Below, one piece after another: positions 1 to 11,199 of a stretch of 64,000 nucleotides of DNA. The position numbers were made by a program, and so were the translations under genes. The notes beneath the pieces were generated by a model, which did no database searches, was not told the DNA's origin, and saw nothing but the letters and a program-made list of their open reading frames with translations. Position 1 is the stretch's first letter. The number at the start of each line of letters is the position of its first letter. This DNA is from Candidatus Kerfeldbacteria bacterium (GTDB lineage Bacteria > Patescibacteriota > Patescibacteriia > SBBC01 > CAIJZX01), in contig CAVSWO010000002.1 in assembly GCA_963731735.1 (NCBI GenBank), forward strand, positions 192,875 to 256,874. Direction: 5' to 3'.

Positions 1-1615
1 GGTTCGTGCTCGCGCTTTGGCTTTCAAATTGTACCTTGAGGGTGGCACTTTTCGGCTGACCGAACGGTACCGCTTCCCACAAACCAACGCTCGGTGGATT
101 ATATTCAAAGTCACCGTTGCGAATCTTCGCGTCACCACCAACTTGGCGCATCAGTTGCCAAGGCAGCAATCCGCGAATGCTTGGGATACCCGGTTGATCG
201 TCCCAATTCAATCCCGCCACCACGTTCCCTGAAAGATTCGCGATTTGGCTGACTTGCAGCGGGGTTGAATATTCAACGTCCCGTTGATTGGTTAAGGCAT
301 TATTGTCTCCCGACAGATTGCAGGTTCCGCCCCCGGTGCAATCCACGCTGCTCGCGCAAAAACGCAGCGGGTCATTGTCACACTGGCCAGGCGGTAAATA
401 CGAATTGCATTGCCCGTTGGGTCCGAGACTGTTACAAGCCGATAGAGACAGACACAGGTTCTCCGGTGTCTGGCCGTCGAGCGAGACGCCTTGCAGACTG
501 GTCGCGCAACTGAGCCAGAGATTACAGCCGCGATCCTTGCGAACCTTGAGAACGGTGTTAGCGGTACATCGCGACCAGCTGGCGTAACAGACAGAGCCGG
601 CCGGCGTGGGACTGAGGAGCGCGCCATTGGCAGCGTAACAGCTGGCCGGATTGCATTGATACGGTGATCCCGTCAGCGGCGGGTCAGCCAGGCATTGACC
701 ATTACTGCCGCAGGTTTGCCCGCCGGGACAGGTAAAGCCACACTGGGCATCGCAGCGGAAGACCAGACTGCCGCCGGTTTCACAAATCGCGCCCGAGGGT
801 GAACATGAACCAATCGGCGTACCGTCGTTACAGGCGCCGGTTGAGAAGGTTCGATCTTCCGGACTTTTAGCCGTATCAAAAGTCAAATCGTCAGTAACAG
901 TCACGCCACCGGCTTGGTCCGTCGCCCGCAACCGATAATGATACGTCGATTGCGTATCAAGGGATCCGGTCGCCGGGACGTCAATCGAACGCGCGACGGT
1001 TGCATATTGTCCGACCGGTTCACCGTTGGATCCAAGCGTATAACTATCAAAGGTGCCTTTGTTTGAGACATCCCATCGGACTTGGACATTGGCCGATAGA
1101 TTGGTTGAAAAGGATACCTGACATTTTCCACCCTGGCATTGAACGCCCAACGGGGTAATCGCCAACTGACTGTTCCCGGCCGCCCCCGAGGAGGTGGTGA
1201 AAGCCCGATCAGGCGTCGTTCGATTGCCCCCGCCGCCCGGAATTCGCGTGTGGATACGGAAATGATAGGTGGTGCCGCTGGACAGATTATTTAAGGTAAT
1301 GCTGTGCGAGGTCTTATCCTGACCCGGTGAATAGTACCCGCCACCCGCCGGCTCAAAACTGCCGTAGCTCGTCGTCGTTCCATATTCAATCCGGGACTCG
1401 GCCGGCAAGTCCGTTGAGAAATCTATGCGGGCGGAAGTCGCGAAGGTCGAAACATTGACGGACGTAACCGTTGGCGCCGACCCGGCTGGAGGCGCGGCCG
1501 CTTCAGCCGGCGACTGACCCGACCACCAACCAGCCGCAAACAGCCCAGCCAACAACACCAGGCCGCTGAGCGGCAGGATGATTGGACGAAGGATGAAGGC
1601 GAGTCGACGGTTCAT
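1..1615 (-). CDS. Partial (3'-truncated at window edge) large secreted protein. It has a signal peptide, FN3/PAP-N-like repeats (TTYHFRIHT, STYHYRLRATD), a Cys-rich region and a CBM-like C-terminal part. It is paralogous in modules to the two upstream giant proteins.
   Basis: I traced an open frame by eye on the minus strand from the ATG at 1613-1615 (MNRRLAFILRPIILPLSGLVLLAGLFAAGWW...) to position 1 with no stop. It is absent from the ORF track, presumably because it runs off the window. The start lies 4 nt after the TAA of the upstream gene. Confidence 0.55.
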   Translation of the reverse strand, partial: MNRRLAFILRPIILPLSGLVLLAGLFAAGWWSGQSPAEAAAPPAGSAPTVTSVNVSTFATSARIDFSTDLPAESRIEYGTTTSYGSFEPAGGGYYSPGQDKTSHSITLNNLSSGTTYHFRIHTRIPGGGGNRTTPDRAFTTSSGAAGNSQLAITPLGVQCQGGKCQVSFSTNLSANVQVRWDVSNKGTFDSYTLGSNGEPVGQYATVARSIDVPATGSLDTQSTYHYRLRATDQAGGVTVTDDLTFDTAKSPEDRTFSTGACNDGTPIGSCSPSGAICETGGSLVFRCDAQCGFTCPGGQTCGSNGQCLADPPLTGSPYQCNPASCYAANGALLSPTPAGSVCYASWSRCTANTVLKVRKDRGCNLWLSCATSLQGVSLDGQTPENLCLSLSACNSLGPNGQCNSYLPPGQCDNDPLRFCASSVDCTGGGTCNLSGDNNALTNQRDVEYSTPLQVSQIANLSGNVVAGLNWDDQPGIPSIRGLLPWQLMRQVGGDAKIRNGDFEYNPPSVGLWEAVPFGQPKSATLKVQFESQSASTN

Positions 1616-1619
1616 ATGT

Positions 1620-4600
1620 TTAATTGGTACACAGTCCTGAAATATTACAGCTCGTTAACCGATAATGATAGAGCTGGTTCGCGTCCAGGTTGGAAATAGT
1701 CACGCTATGATTGGTTGTCAGAGCGTTTGGATCGCTCGGGTTGCCGTAGATTGGTGCGTTCGGATAGCTACAGGCGCCGCTGGGTGGGCAATTGACGGTT
1801 AGGCCGTAGTCAACTTGGGTGGTTGCCGCGTCATCGGTACACCAGGATATGACCGCCTGCCAGCATTGGGTGCCGCCGCAATTGGTAACGCCCGGCATGA
1901 TCGAAGTTTGGACATCCACCGCGCACGTCAGAACCGGATAACTATTATCATTGACCACGTTGACGGTGACTTCAGCCGGCGCGGAAAGGTTCCCGGCCGT
2001 GTCGCGCGCGACGGCTCGAATGACATACGCGCCATTGGTGGCCGAAAGCGTATTCCAGCTGGCTGAAAAGCTGCAGGTCGTGCCGGTACAAGTGGCCGGT
2101 TGATCAAGGGCCACTTGGCTGGGGTCGGCCTGTAAGAAAATCGTGACTTGCACGCTGCTGACCGATTTGTTATCAGTCGCTGAACCGGTGATCGCGACCT
2201 GCCCAATCACGTCTGCGCCGGAACTGGGCGCGGTTAGGCTGACCGTTGGAAGCACGGTGTCCGGTTCATCCAGGGTGGTGAATTGCAGATCAATGCCGCC
2301 GCTGTTGGTTGTGGCCGTGGTGCAATTCGGGGAACTTGCTTGGTCGCAGGAAATCACGCTGAAGAAGTAGGTGGTCAACGGTTGCAGCGGCTGGTAGACC
2401 AGATCATGACAGCCCGAGGTGCAATCGGTCGTATCATTCGATGTTCCCACGATAGCCGTTCGCGTACTATCGGTGAATATAACTATCGCTGAATCGGCCA
2501 ATTCATCCGTCATCCAGGTTATCCGAACGCTATTCCAGTTAGGATCAGCGGTGATGCCTGAAATGACCGGCCCGGTGGAGTCCGGATCAATGTGCAAAGC
2601 CAGGTTGGCGGTTTTGGTCAAGCTGCCCGCGACCCCGGACACCGTAACCGTGTAATCCCCGGCCGGAACGGCGCTGGTCGTTTGGATGTTGAGCGCGAAG
2701 GCGGTTCCGCTGCCGGTCGGGGTGACTTGGTTCGGGCTCAAGACAAGCGTGAGGTTCGGATCGGTCGGATTGCTGGCCACCGTCAGATCAACTTGACCGG
2801 AAAAACCATTCAGAGCTGTTACGGTTCCACCCACGCTTCCCGACTGACCGGCCGTAATGGTTTGGCTGGTTGGATTCAGTACCAAATTGAAGTCCGGCGG
2901 CGCACTAATGTTCAACGTGATTGGAACGGATTTGGTAATTCCATTGCCGACGCCCGTCACGGTCATCAGGTGCGATCCGGCCGGCGCAGTTGCTTGGGTA
3001 CTGATAGTGAGAGTTGAGGATTGGGTGCCGCTGGCGGATAGCGTTAGACTGGTCGGGCTAAATCCGCCGCCAACTCCGTTTGGTTGCCCGGTCAAACTCA
3101 AGGTTACGTCGCCCGCAAACGTCGAATTAGCCGTGGCTTGGATTTGGTAGGAGGTGCCCTGACCGCCGATCACGCTTTGGGCGGACGGAATCGCGTTCAA
3201 GCTGAAGTCAGGCGCCGGTTTGAGCGTTAAGACCACGGTGGCGGTGGCGGTTTTACTATTTCCAACGCCGGTGATGAGCATGGTAAATGTTCCGGTAGTG
3301 GTCGTATTGGTGGTGAGTGTTAGGGTAGAGACGGCTGAACCGTTGGCTGTCAGGTTGACCGGTGTGACACTAAAGTTTGGCACACTCCCGCCAGGATTGC
3401 CGGATAATGATAAATTGACTGATCCCGTGAAACCATTGACTGACGTCGCGGTGACGTCATAGGTAACGGTGTCCCCCGCATTTTTGGTTTGGGGTTGGCT
3501 GGGATTAGCGCTTAAGGTAAAGGTGGGTTCCGTATAAGTGAAGGTGCTTACCGCCGTGCCTTCGTTGCCGGCGCTATCGGTCGCAAATACGGTCACGGTG
3601 TTTGAACCAATCGTTAACGGTCCAAGCGTCCGATCCCAGGTCACGGCCGGAGCGCCAATAACCGGAACGGTCACGTTTTGACGCGGCGCGCCGTTGAGGG
3701 AATATTCAAGTTTTTCTATCCGGTTATCATCGCTGGCTGTTCCCTTGAACGCCGTCGGCGTGGCGTTGACGGTTGATCCATTCGCGGGTGCGGTAATGGT
3801 CACAGTCGGTGCCTGGGTATCGAGGATGATCGAAGTCGAGGCTGAGCTGTCTGATGAATTTTGTGAACCGTCGCTCGCCGTAGCCACAACGGTATTTGCA
3901 CCGGCTACAAGATTAACGGCGGCTGACCAATTCGTGCTCGTAGTACCCGGCACTCCCGGAGCCGTGACTTTCTGGGCGGTGCCGTTCGAAGTTACGCCGA
4001 TAGAATTCAACCGGATATTGTCACTCGCGCTGCCGCTGACTGTCACCGGCGTGGTTTTTGTGTAGAAGGGTGAGGCGGATGGATTGCTGATTGAAATATT
4101 CGGCGCGATGTTGTCGGGGGCGGTAGTTTGGAAGAAGCCAAACGTACCGGCGCTAACGCCTGAGCCCGAGGATTGAACGCTAAAGTGATAGGTTTGTCCG
4201 TAGGTTAGGCTTCCGGCTGGAAGAGCTAATGAATGAGAGTTGGTTAAAGTGGAATCATTCCAACCAGTCGCGCAGGTTCCGGGAGCTGGGTGACAATGGG
4301 AATACATTGCCACTTTTTGATTTGCCGAACCAACGAATATCCTTGATCCGTCAAGTAGAGTCAATGCATTAATTGATGCATTAACAAGATTATATGCTCC
4401 CCGAAAAAGTGTAGTATTTGAACCGTTATAATATCCAACATCCTGATTTGCAATAAACCAGAAAGTGTTCGGTGACAATAGCGAAAGATCTCCAACTGTC
4501 TGGGACGTTGTTGTTGTGATTGGATTAAATATTGTCCCTCCATCAGTTGATTTCAATATTGTTCCATTTGTTCCTGCAACCCAAATTGTTTGACCATCAA

Positions 4601-5687
4601 GAGTTGCAATACTTTCGAATCGCTCGGAAGTATTGTTGTCAACGGTCCAATTTGCGCCTGCATTTGTTGATCGAACGACTGTCCCATTTAGACCAACAGC
4701 CCATATTGATTTATTATCTATTGTCTTAATGTCATACAATGCGTTGCCCCCACTAAACTTCTGCTGCCAGGTTGTCCCATCAAAGAACAGAATCTTTCCA
4801 TCCTCCGTTGCGACCCAAACTGTTTGTTCGTCTGCCGCAGATATTCCAAAAATTCTACTACTATTACCAGTCGGCGCGGGAGAAATCCAATTTGCTCCTC
4901 CATTAACGGTTCGAATGACTTGACCGGAATCACCAGTCGCCCAAACCAGATTGCTATTCACAACATCCACACCGTAGAGCGCTCCTGATAATCCGCTTGT
5001 TTGACTAGACCATGTACCATTGACGTCTCGTTTTAGTATTACACCGGAGTATCCTACTGCCCATACGACTCCATTTTGATCTGAACTCATGCCAAGAAAG
5101 CCAAAGCCGGCTGGTACACTTTCTGTGCTCCAGGTCGGCCCCACAGTATTGTAATAAACTTTCGAATCCCCCGGAAATGTCGTTTGCCAGGAAATAGTCG
5201 CGCTATTGTCAGTAATGTCCGTAACTTGAAGATTCAAATCGGTAGGTGATTGATAACCTGGATAGGTGGTGGCTGTCTTTGAGGTCGTGGCGGTCGAGCC
5301 GTTCATATTTCCATAGACCTGCACTTGATAGGTGCGTCCGGAACGTAAACCGTTCCGTGTGATTGGAGCCGTACCGCTCGCACTTTGGCTGGTCCAAAAT
5401 GATGGTTGCGCGGTTGGATCCTGGCAAGTTATGGCGGTACCTAAACAATTCCACACGGTCCAGGTGTCTGCTCCGTCATTATTGCCGACACCAAAACTCA
5501 TTGAAGAGCTCGAGACCGATGCAGCTGATGTAGTTAGTGAGAGGCCGCCACAAATTCCTCCCGGTTGTGTACAAATTTCTCCCGCTGAACAAGCTGGACT
5601 ACAATTCGCGGCCAGCACCTGCTGTACCGCCACCAGCGTACAGGCGGCGATAACTAGGATAGCGACAAAGTAGGGAAGTTTGGCCAT
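1620..5687 (-). CDS. Giant secreted/cell-surface protein of about 1355 aa. It has a signal peptide (MAKLPYFVAILVIAACTLVAVQQVLAA), an N-terminal Cys-rich segment, a BNR/Ycf48-like beta-propeller region (repeated T/S-x-D/N-G-G-x-x-W motifs), multiple Ig-like/FN3-like domains and a C-terminal PAP-N/FN3-like Cys-rich end.
   Basis: Track ORF 1620..5729. I chose the second Met (MAKL...) as the start because it begins a classical signal peptide and sits 1 nt after the stop (5689-5691) of the upstream giant gene. Ser/Thr/Gly/Asn-rich extracellular composition. Confidence 0.75.
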   Translation of the reverse strand: MAKLPYFVAILVIAACTLVAVQQVLAANCSPACSAGEICTQPGGICGGLSLTTSAASVSSSSMSFGVGNNDGADTWTVWNCLGTAITCQDPTAQPSFWTSQSASGTAPITRNGLRSGRTYQVQVYGNMNGSTATTSKTATTYPGYQSPTDLNLQVTDITDNSATISWQTTFPGDSKVYYNTVGPTWSTESVPAGFGFLGMSSDQNGVVWAVGYSGVILKRDVNGTWSSQTSGLSGALYGVDVVNSNLVWATGDSGQVIRTVNGGANWISPAPTGNSSRIFGISAADEQTVWVATEDGKILFFDGTTWQQKFSGGNALYDIKTIDNKSIWAVGLNGTVVRSTNAGANWTVDNNTSERFESIATLDGQTIWVAGTNGTILKSTDGGTIFNPITTTTSQTVGDLSLLSPNTFWFIANQDVGYYNGSNTTLFRGAYNLVNASINALTLLDGSRIFVGSANQKVAMYSHCHPAPGTCATGWNDSTLTNSHSLALPAGSLTYGQTYHFSVQSSGSGVSAGTFGFFQTTAPDNIAPNISISNPSASPFYTKTTPVTVSGSASDNIRLNSIGVTSNGTAQKVTAPGVPGTTSTNWSAAVNLVAGANTVVATASDGSQNSSDSSASTSIILDTQAPTVTITAPANGSTVNATPTAFKGTASDDNRIEKLEYSLNGAPRQNVTVPVIGAPAVTWDRTLGPLTIGSNTVTVFATDSAGNEGTAVSTFTYTEPTFTLSANPSQPQTKNAGDTVTYDVTATSVNGFTGSVNLSLSGNPGGSVPNFSVTPVNLTANGSAVSTLTLTTNTTTTGTFTMLITGVGNSKTATATVVLTLKPAPDFSLNAIPSAQSVIGGQGTSYQIQATANSTFAGDVTLSLTGQPNGVGGGFSPTSLTLSASGTQSSTLTISTQATAPAGSHLMTVTGVGNGITKSVPITLNISAPPDFNLVLNPTSQTITAGQSGSVGGTVTALNGFSGQVDLTVASNPTDPNLTLVLSPNQVTPTGSGTAFALNIQTTSAVPAGDYTVTVSGVAGSLTKTANLALHIDPDSTGPVISGITADPNWNSVRITWMTDELADSAIVIFTDSTRTAIVGTSNDTTDCTSGCHDLVYQPLQPLTTYFFSVISCDQASSPNCTTATTNSGGIDLQFTTLDEPDTVLPTVSLTAPSSGADVIGQVAITGSATDNKSVSSVQVTIFLQADPSQVALDQPATCTGTTCSFSASWNTLSATNGAYVIRAVARDTAGNLSAPAEVTVNVVNDNSYPVLTCAVDVQTSIMPGVTNCGGTQCWQAVISWCTDDAATTQVDYGLTVNCPPSGACSYPNAPIYGNPSDPNALTTNHSVTISNLDANQLYHYRLTSCNISGLCTN

Positions 5688-5688
5688 A

Positions 5689-8600
5689 TTAATTCCCACG
5701 GAAATTAAGGGTCGGATTTGAAATATCATTGAACGGTCGGCAGCCCACTTCCGTATTCACCTGTCCATTACAGTCTTGTGAATTATCTTCAACCGTTTGT
5801 CGCAAATAGTCATATGACCGGCAACCCGGAAAACCATTGGCTTCCGTACCGTTACTATCAACGCACCTGCCACCGCCGCACTGGCTGCTGTTTTGGCAGT
5901 TTTGTCCCTGTACATTTGCCGGGCTGGATCCGTCGCAGACCGTAGGTTGGCAGCTGCCATCAACATACACTGGACTGCCGCCCTGCTGAATCAGCGGACA
6001 TTCGCTGCGGCAACCCGGTGGATCGGACGGATCGCGATATTCATTGCAGCCGTTCTGCGCATTTGGACAGGTTCCGGCCAGGTAAACGCAGGTGTTGCTG
6101 CCGGCACAGTTACTTTTCCCCGACGTGGAGTTGATCGAACATTGTCCATAAACGGTTTTGCCTTTTCCATCAACGATTTTTCCAATCAAGCTCGCGTCGC
6201 CCACACAGGTTGACCCGGGACAGTCGCCGTCACTGACGCAGGCTTTACCGACCCGTTGTCCGTCCTGACAAACCGGACTGCAGGAGGCACCGATGGGCTG
6301 ACCCTGGAGGGGCGGCGTGGTAATCGGACAACGCGAATTGGTGCCGGTGATGTACCAGGTGCCGCCAACATCCGAATCATCCGCCCGGAATTCACAGGTC
6401 TGTGAGCTCGGATCCTTGAAGAAGGCGGCCGTACCATTACTATCGGTATAGGCTTTACACGATAATTCATTCTGCAAACAAATATCTGTACTATACCGAT
6501 CTGGATTGTTTTTCAGGTAGACGGTTTGGAAGCCGGTCAGGGTATGATCGGTCGAATACACCGGCAAGCCGTATGCCTGGCATCCGAGTTGTGAAGACGC
6601 ACAGTAGGCAGCCTTATTGTTGACCACGGTTACGACTTGGTCGGCCGGCGTGAACTCATTCTTGACGGTCTGTGCAAATGGGCTGCTGCTATTCTGGGTG
6701 TCGATCATGGCTTCACAGCCGACCACTTGTTCGGAACAGATGCGGTTGAATGACTTCAGGTATTGACTCTGTCCGGCCCGATCGCGATAGGCAGCGCATC
6801 CAATTTCACTGGCTTGGCAAATCGGGACGGTCGGCTGGACTAAGTAGAGACTGTCGTTGATTTCGGTCAGCACCACGTTGTCGACGAAAGCCTCCCCGCC
6901 GCTGACGCTGATCCCGAGGCGGAAATCGCGACCGTTCAGAGCCACTGGGCCATAGGTATATTGCTGCCACTGCGGTCCGGCCGGGGTAATATTTTCGTTC
7001 CATCGCAGCGTGCCCGGATTTGTTGTCAGTGGCTGCGTCAAATCAAATCCCCCGTCGGCCATTCGCAGCGTCCGTTCGACTTCGCCGCCGAAGCCGGCGT
7101 TGATGGTCGCGCCGTCACTGGCCTGGTTGGCGGCGGCGGCATAGAAACTGACCACGTATGATTTACCGTCCGTCAGCTGGGTGTCCAGCACGGAAGCTTG
7201 GGTGTAGGCGGCGGCTTTTCCGGCTGCCCCAACGGGGATATACATCGAGTGACCGCCCAGGGTCGTGGACTCGGTCACGTTAACTCCCCCCACCCAATTG
7301 TTGGTTGTGCCGGATTCGAAGGTGTCGTTCAAAATTGCCCGCGCGGTCCGGCCGCTATTCCCGGTATAAGCGCGACACCCAGCCGCGGCGGCTGAACACG
7401 AGACGTTTTCATTGGCCGACAGGAAATATACATTGTCGTTATTATTCGGATCATTATCGTTCTGATCGGTGGTGTTCCGATATGGTGTACAAGCGGCCGT
7501 GACCGTGACGGTTTTTGAACGTAAGCGGTAATACACCTGCAATGCTGAATCATAAAATTCACCGCAATCCGGATTGGTCGCCAAGTCGGCCGCCGAACAA
7601 CTGGCAATGGTGGTTGACGTGTCGTTACAGGTCGGCGTCCCGCCAGCTGAATTTCCTGGTGTCACATTGGTACAGGGTCCGTTATTGAGGTTTGATTGCA
7701 ACAATTCATGCGCTTGCAACACGAATCCTTTTTGCGCGTTCCCAACCCAGCTGTAATAGGTGACTTGATTGGTGGCGGTTGGATCGGGCTTGACGCATTG
7801 TTTGACTGATTGGAAATATTCTTTGCCTTCGCCACCGCGCGCCACTTCATCCAGGTTAGTATATTCTTCGCACCCGACTTGTGAGGCGTTGCATTGCTGA
7901 CCCTTCGGCGCGACGATATTCGTGTATCCGCCGGCCCGGCTGATTGGCCCGGTGGTGTATGGTTCGAGGTAATAGGTCGCGCACCCAACGTCGTCGGCAC
8001 TACAGCGATTGCTGTTTCGAACTTGGCCGTTGACTACCGGGCCGCCGGCTAGCGGCGTATACGCTTCACACCCGACATCATCGGAACTGCAGGCAACTCG
8101 TTTCTTATTGAGGGCTAGGGTGTTAACCAGCCCGTAATCTTTATACTGTGATTGTCCGCCCTCTTCGACTTGAGCGCTGTCGATCACCAGACCCGCGCAG
8201 TTCCCCGGTTCAATAGTGAAGGTCAGGGCATTGCTGCTGGATGTCTGTTGATCTTCTCGTCCGATGACTAGCAAGGCACTGGCGGATCCCCAGTCCGTGC
8301 CAACCGTCACGTCTTGCGTCGTTGAGTCGACGTCAGTCGTTAGGGTTACCTTGGCCTGACATTCAGCGCTGGCCTTGGCTCGAACTGATCCGACAAAGTT
8401 TCGTTCGTAGAGGTGGTAGCCGGTATCGATGGTTGAAGAAATTGAGCCGGTCAGCGCCACCGCGGTCAGATTGCTGCCGTTAATCGCTTGGTCCGAGGCC
8501 GCCACCGCTTGCGCGCCATTTTGATTCCAGCCGGCGAAATCATCATCGGATCCATCATCAGCCTGACCGGTAAAGGTCTCGAACCCGCTGTTCGGAATCA

Positions 8601-11199
8601 GGTTTGTCCCGCCGGTTGTCCGAATAAATTTCCGGCAACCTTCACCGGAAGCGTTACAGCTTTCAACGTTCCCGGTAAACCGGACGATATCGTCACCCAC
8701 GGAACCCGGCACATCATCGACCTTGGGTTCGCTGCATTGCCAGGTTTGGGAATCCTGATTGTAGGCCGAGCAGTACCACTGGCATCCGGCCACCTCGGAG
8801 TTGCACTTTCGGAAATCCAAGGTTGAGGCCAGGTAAGAATTCTGTTGGCCGCTGGCGTCGGTGTAAGTGGTGCAGCTGGCATACTGCGCGTCGCAGCGGG
8901 TGCCGTCGAAGCGGAAGGTTTGCCGCTCTTGGACGCAGTAGCCGAAGGCGATACAGGTGCCATCCTCATTTTCGGCGATACAGGATTGTGTATCAGCACA
9001 GGTGTTAGCATTCCGACTGACGACCCAGCGTCCAATGTCAGGGCCAAAGGCACTATTCGTACAATTCGGCACATTGCTGCCCAGGGCGTTTGTATCGCTG
9101 GAACCCAGGACGTTATCTTGGTCGCAGACAAATTCCTTGGTTACAATTTCTTCGCCGGCGCCCTGTCGTCGGCAATAGGTCTGGGGAGCTTTTAAGACCC
9201 AGTTCGGATCCACTAAACCACAGTATGGACTCGGTGTGAGCTTGGCCTGACAACCTTCTCCGTCCGCGATTTGAGCTTGGGTCACTCCGCATTGGCTGTC
9301 GGCTGTGCAGGTTTGCCCGGCATTCGTGCTGCCAGCTGTACAAACTTTATCGTCAGGCGTGGCGGTATGCTGAGAGTCTTGGCCGCAGATATCATATTGC
9401 TTGATCAGATACCCAAGGCTCAAGTCACGCGGGTCAAATTCTTGACTGTAGAGAGCCGCCAACTCCCAACCCACCGGCGTGATGCGATATTTCCGGAGAT
9501 ATTGCAACGACCGGTACGAATAGCCGTTCCGTGGCTGTATTCCATTTTTATCAAAACCAAAAGTCTTGCGTGCGTCGAGCAAGCCTTGCTTGAGTGCTTC
9601 CTGGACCGTTAACTCACTGTCAATCGCGTTTCGAAACTGGGAATCAATTAATCCAGCGCTGGACAATTCGGATGTCACATCAACTTCATTGCGTCCCGGA
9701 TCGCCGGTTCGGATGTCGACTTGGCCGATTTGAGCGAATTGGAGTTGCGCGCCGGCGATACCGGTTGCGCCACCGGAGCCGAAGAGGAGCTGGCCCAGTG
9801 CCGATGTTGGGTTTGTTGGTCCGCTGCAAGCATTTGGATTTAACCCACATCGACTCTTGAAAAAATTCGTCAGGACACGACCGATTGGACTACTAATAAA
9901 GGCTGACAAGCCTTTGATGATATCGGCGCCCGGTTGACCGGTGAAAACCGCGTTGGCGTCCGACCCGCCGGTCAGCGCGCTCAATAAACTTTGTTGCCCC
10001 GCTTCACGCGGAACGAGCACCACGCCGCTGACCTTCGAGGTGCGCGGGAGTATTCCGCTGGACTGCTTGGTCTGTTCCGCTTGCACGGCTGCTTGTTGCT
10101 TTTCTCCGAGGTCCGAATAGGCCACCAATAATTTACCGATATCACTGTTGCCAACCGACAGGGAATTGGCGACCACTACCGAAGCTTCCGGCGCTTGTAA
10201 CTGACCAACCGCCGAAAAGAAGTCCGTGGCCGTCAGCTGGTTGACGGTCTGGTCGGCCAGGGCGGTTATCCCCTTACCACAATCGGTCGCACATTTACCG
10301 GCTTCCGACGCGCCTTTGCTGCGCTCGACGTTTATCGCTTCGTTCATGCGGGATTGGCAAAGGGAGGCCGACATCTTGCAGGTGTCGGCATTGGCCGTAT
10401 TGTCACAGGCGCCGGGTAAAATCCGCCACGGCACATACGAGCTGCCGACCGTTGGATCACCCGGAAATATATCCGAACAGGTAACTTCTTTATCGGGCGT
10501 CGTCCCGGCCACTTCATTAATCCCGGGATTGAGATCAACCCCGGCCAGATGATCGTAGATCAGCTGGACATTGCGCTCATGATCATTCAGCTCATTCGGG
10601 TTCGGCCGGGGTCCGAGGGCGGCATTGCTTTTTGAATCTGGAATCACGTCAATTACTCGATACAAGGTGCTGCAATCTTCCTGGCACTGCTGAACCGGTG
10701 AGCCAATTGCGGTTCGCAAAATACGGGAAATGACAAATCGCTGACGGGCATCACTGGTCGAGGTCCCGACTCCGTTTTCTCCGGTTACGCCTCGAGTGTA
10801 TTCATCAATAAAATCTCCGGCTGCACTGTTCAGCACATTCGGCCAATAATCTTTAAAGTTGGTGATAAACAGCGGCTGCTGCCCGGGACCGGTGGTGGCG
10901 ATGTCGGTTAACACCTCTTGCGCAATCCGAGCGTTATATACCTCGAGCGTGTTCTTGAAAGCGATGGCGGCCGCGCCTTTGGTGGCTTTGTCGATGCGCT
11001 CGGCTGCATTAGTAATAAAATCCGCAATCCGCCGCGGGATGTCGCCGATCGTGGTCGTTACCGAGACGGGGCTCTGCGCCAAGGCCGGTCGGGCATTGAA
11101 ACCGAACCATAGACCTGTTCCGACGACCAAAAACAAGGCCACCAAAACGTGCCGGCGGAGGCGAGATCGTGTTCGGCGTTGATGGGGATTCGGACTCAT
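5689..11199 (-). CDS. Giant (1836 aa) Cys-rich secreted protein. It has an N-terminal signal anchor/peptide (…LVALFLVVGTGLWFGFNARPALAQS), very many paired cysteines and at least two carbohydrate-binding-module-like (CBM4/9/22-like) beta-sandwich segments.
   Basis: Track ORF on the minus strand. Composition and motifs (N-x-x-FE-type CBM segments, hundreds of Cys/Gly/Thr/Asn) read directly from the sequence. Its start overlaps the stop of the upstream TSP3 gene by 4 nt (ATGA). Confidence 0.75.
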   Translation of the reverse strand: MSPNPHQRRTRSRLRRHVLVALFLVVGTGLWFGFNARPALAQSPVSVTTTIGDIPRRIADFITNAAERIDKATKGAAAIAFKNTLEVYNARIAQEVLTDIATTGPGQQPLFITNFKDYWPNVLNSAAGDFIDEYTRGVTGENGVGTSTSDARQRFVISRILRTAIGSPVQQCQEDCSTLYRVIDVIPDSKSNAALGPRPNPNELNDHERNVQLIYDHLAGVDLNPGINEVAGTTPDKEVTCSDIFPGDPTVGSSYVPWRILPGACDNTANADTCKMSASLCQSRMNEAINVERSKGASEAGKCATDCGKGITALADQTVNQLTATDFFSAVGQLQAPEASVVVANSLSVGNSDIGKLLVAYSDLGEKQQAAVQAEQTKQSSGILPRTSKVSGVVLVPREAGQQSLLSALTGGSDANAVFTGQPGADIIKGLSAFISSPIGRVLTNFFKSRCGLNPNACSGPTNPTSALGQLLFGSGGATGIAGAQLQFAQIGQVDIRTGDPGRNEVDVTSELSSAGLIDSQFRNAIDSELTVQEALKQGLLDARKTFGFDKNGIQPRNGYSYRSLQYLRKYRITPVGWELAALYSQEFDPRDLSLGYLIKQYDICGQDSQHTATPDDKVCTAGSTNAGQTCTADSQCGVTQAQIADGEGCQAKLTPSPYCGLVDPNWVLKAPQTYCRRQGAGEEIVTKEFVCDQDNVLGSSDTNALGSNVPNCTNSAFGPDIGRWVVSRNANTCADTQSCIAENEDGTCIAFGYCVQERQTFRFDGTRCDAQYASCTTYTDASGQQNSYLASTLDFRKCNSEVAGCQWYCSAYNQDSQTWQCSEPKVDDVPGSVGDDIVRFTGNVESCNASGEGCRKFIRTTGGTNLIPNSGFETFTGQADDGSDDDFAGWNQNGAQAVAASDQAINGSNLTAVALTGSISSTIDTGYHLYERNFVGSVRAKASAECQAKVTLTTDVDSTTQDVTVGTDWGSASALLVIGREDQQTSSSNALTFTIEPGNCAGLVIDSAQVEEGGQSQYKDYGLVNTLALNKKRVACSSDDVGCEAYTPLAGGPVVNGQVRNSNRCSADDVGCATYYLEPYTTGPISRAGGYTNIVAPKGQQCNASQVGCEEYTNLDEVARGGEGKEYFQSVKQCVKPDPTATNQVTYYSWVGNAQKGFVLQAHELLQSNLNNGPCTNVTPGNSAGGTPTCNDTSTTIASCSAADLATNPDCGEFYDSALQVYYRLRSKTVTVTAACTPYRNTTDQNDNDPNNNDNVYFLSANENVSCSAAAAGCRAYTGNSGRTARAILNDTFESGTTNNWVGGVNVTESTTLGGHSMYIPVGAAGKAAAYTQASVLDTQLTDGKSYVVSFYAAAANQASDGATINAGFGGEVERTLRMADGGFDLTQPLTTNPGTLRWNENITPAGPQWQQYTYGPVALNGRDFRLGISVSGGEAFVDNVVLTEINDSLYLVQPTVPICQASEIGCAAYRDRAGQSQYLKSFNRICSEQVVGCEAMIDTQNSSSPFAQTVKNEFTPADQVVTVVNNKAAYCASSQLGCQAYGLPVYSTDHTLTGFQTVYLKNNPDRYSTDICLQNELSCKAYTDSNGTAAFFKDPSSQTCEFRADDSDVGGTWYITGTNSRCPITTPPLQGQPIGASCSPVCQDGQRVGKACVSDGDCPGSTCVGDASLIGKIVDGKGKTVYGQCSINSTSGKSNCAGSNTCVYLAGTCPNAQNGCNEYRDPSDPPGCRSECPLIQQGGSPVYVDGSCQPTVCDGSSPANVQGQNCQNSSQCGGGRCVDSNGTEANGFPGCRSYDYLRQTVEDNSQDCNGQVNTEVGCRPFNDISNPTLNFRGN

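Noticed and set aside
1620-11199. Many 60-180-aa ORFs in other frames or antisense inside the giant genes (e.g. 2592..3017+, 8598..9131-, 3694..4065+)
   Set aside because: They are nested within long, compositionally coherent ORFs with signal peptides and domain repeats. This is typical of GC-rich spurious frames.
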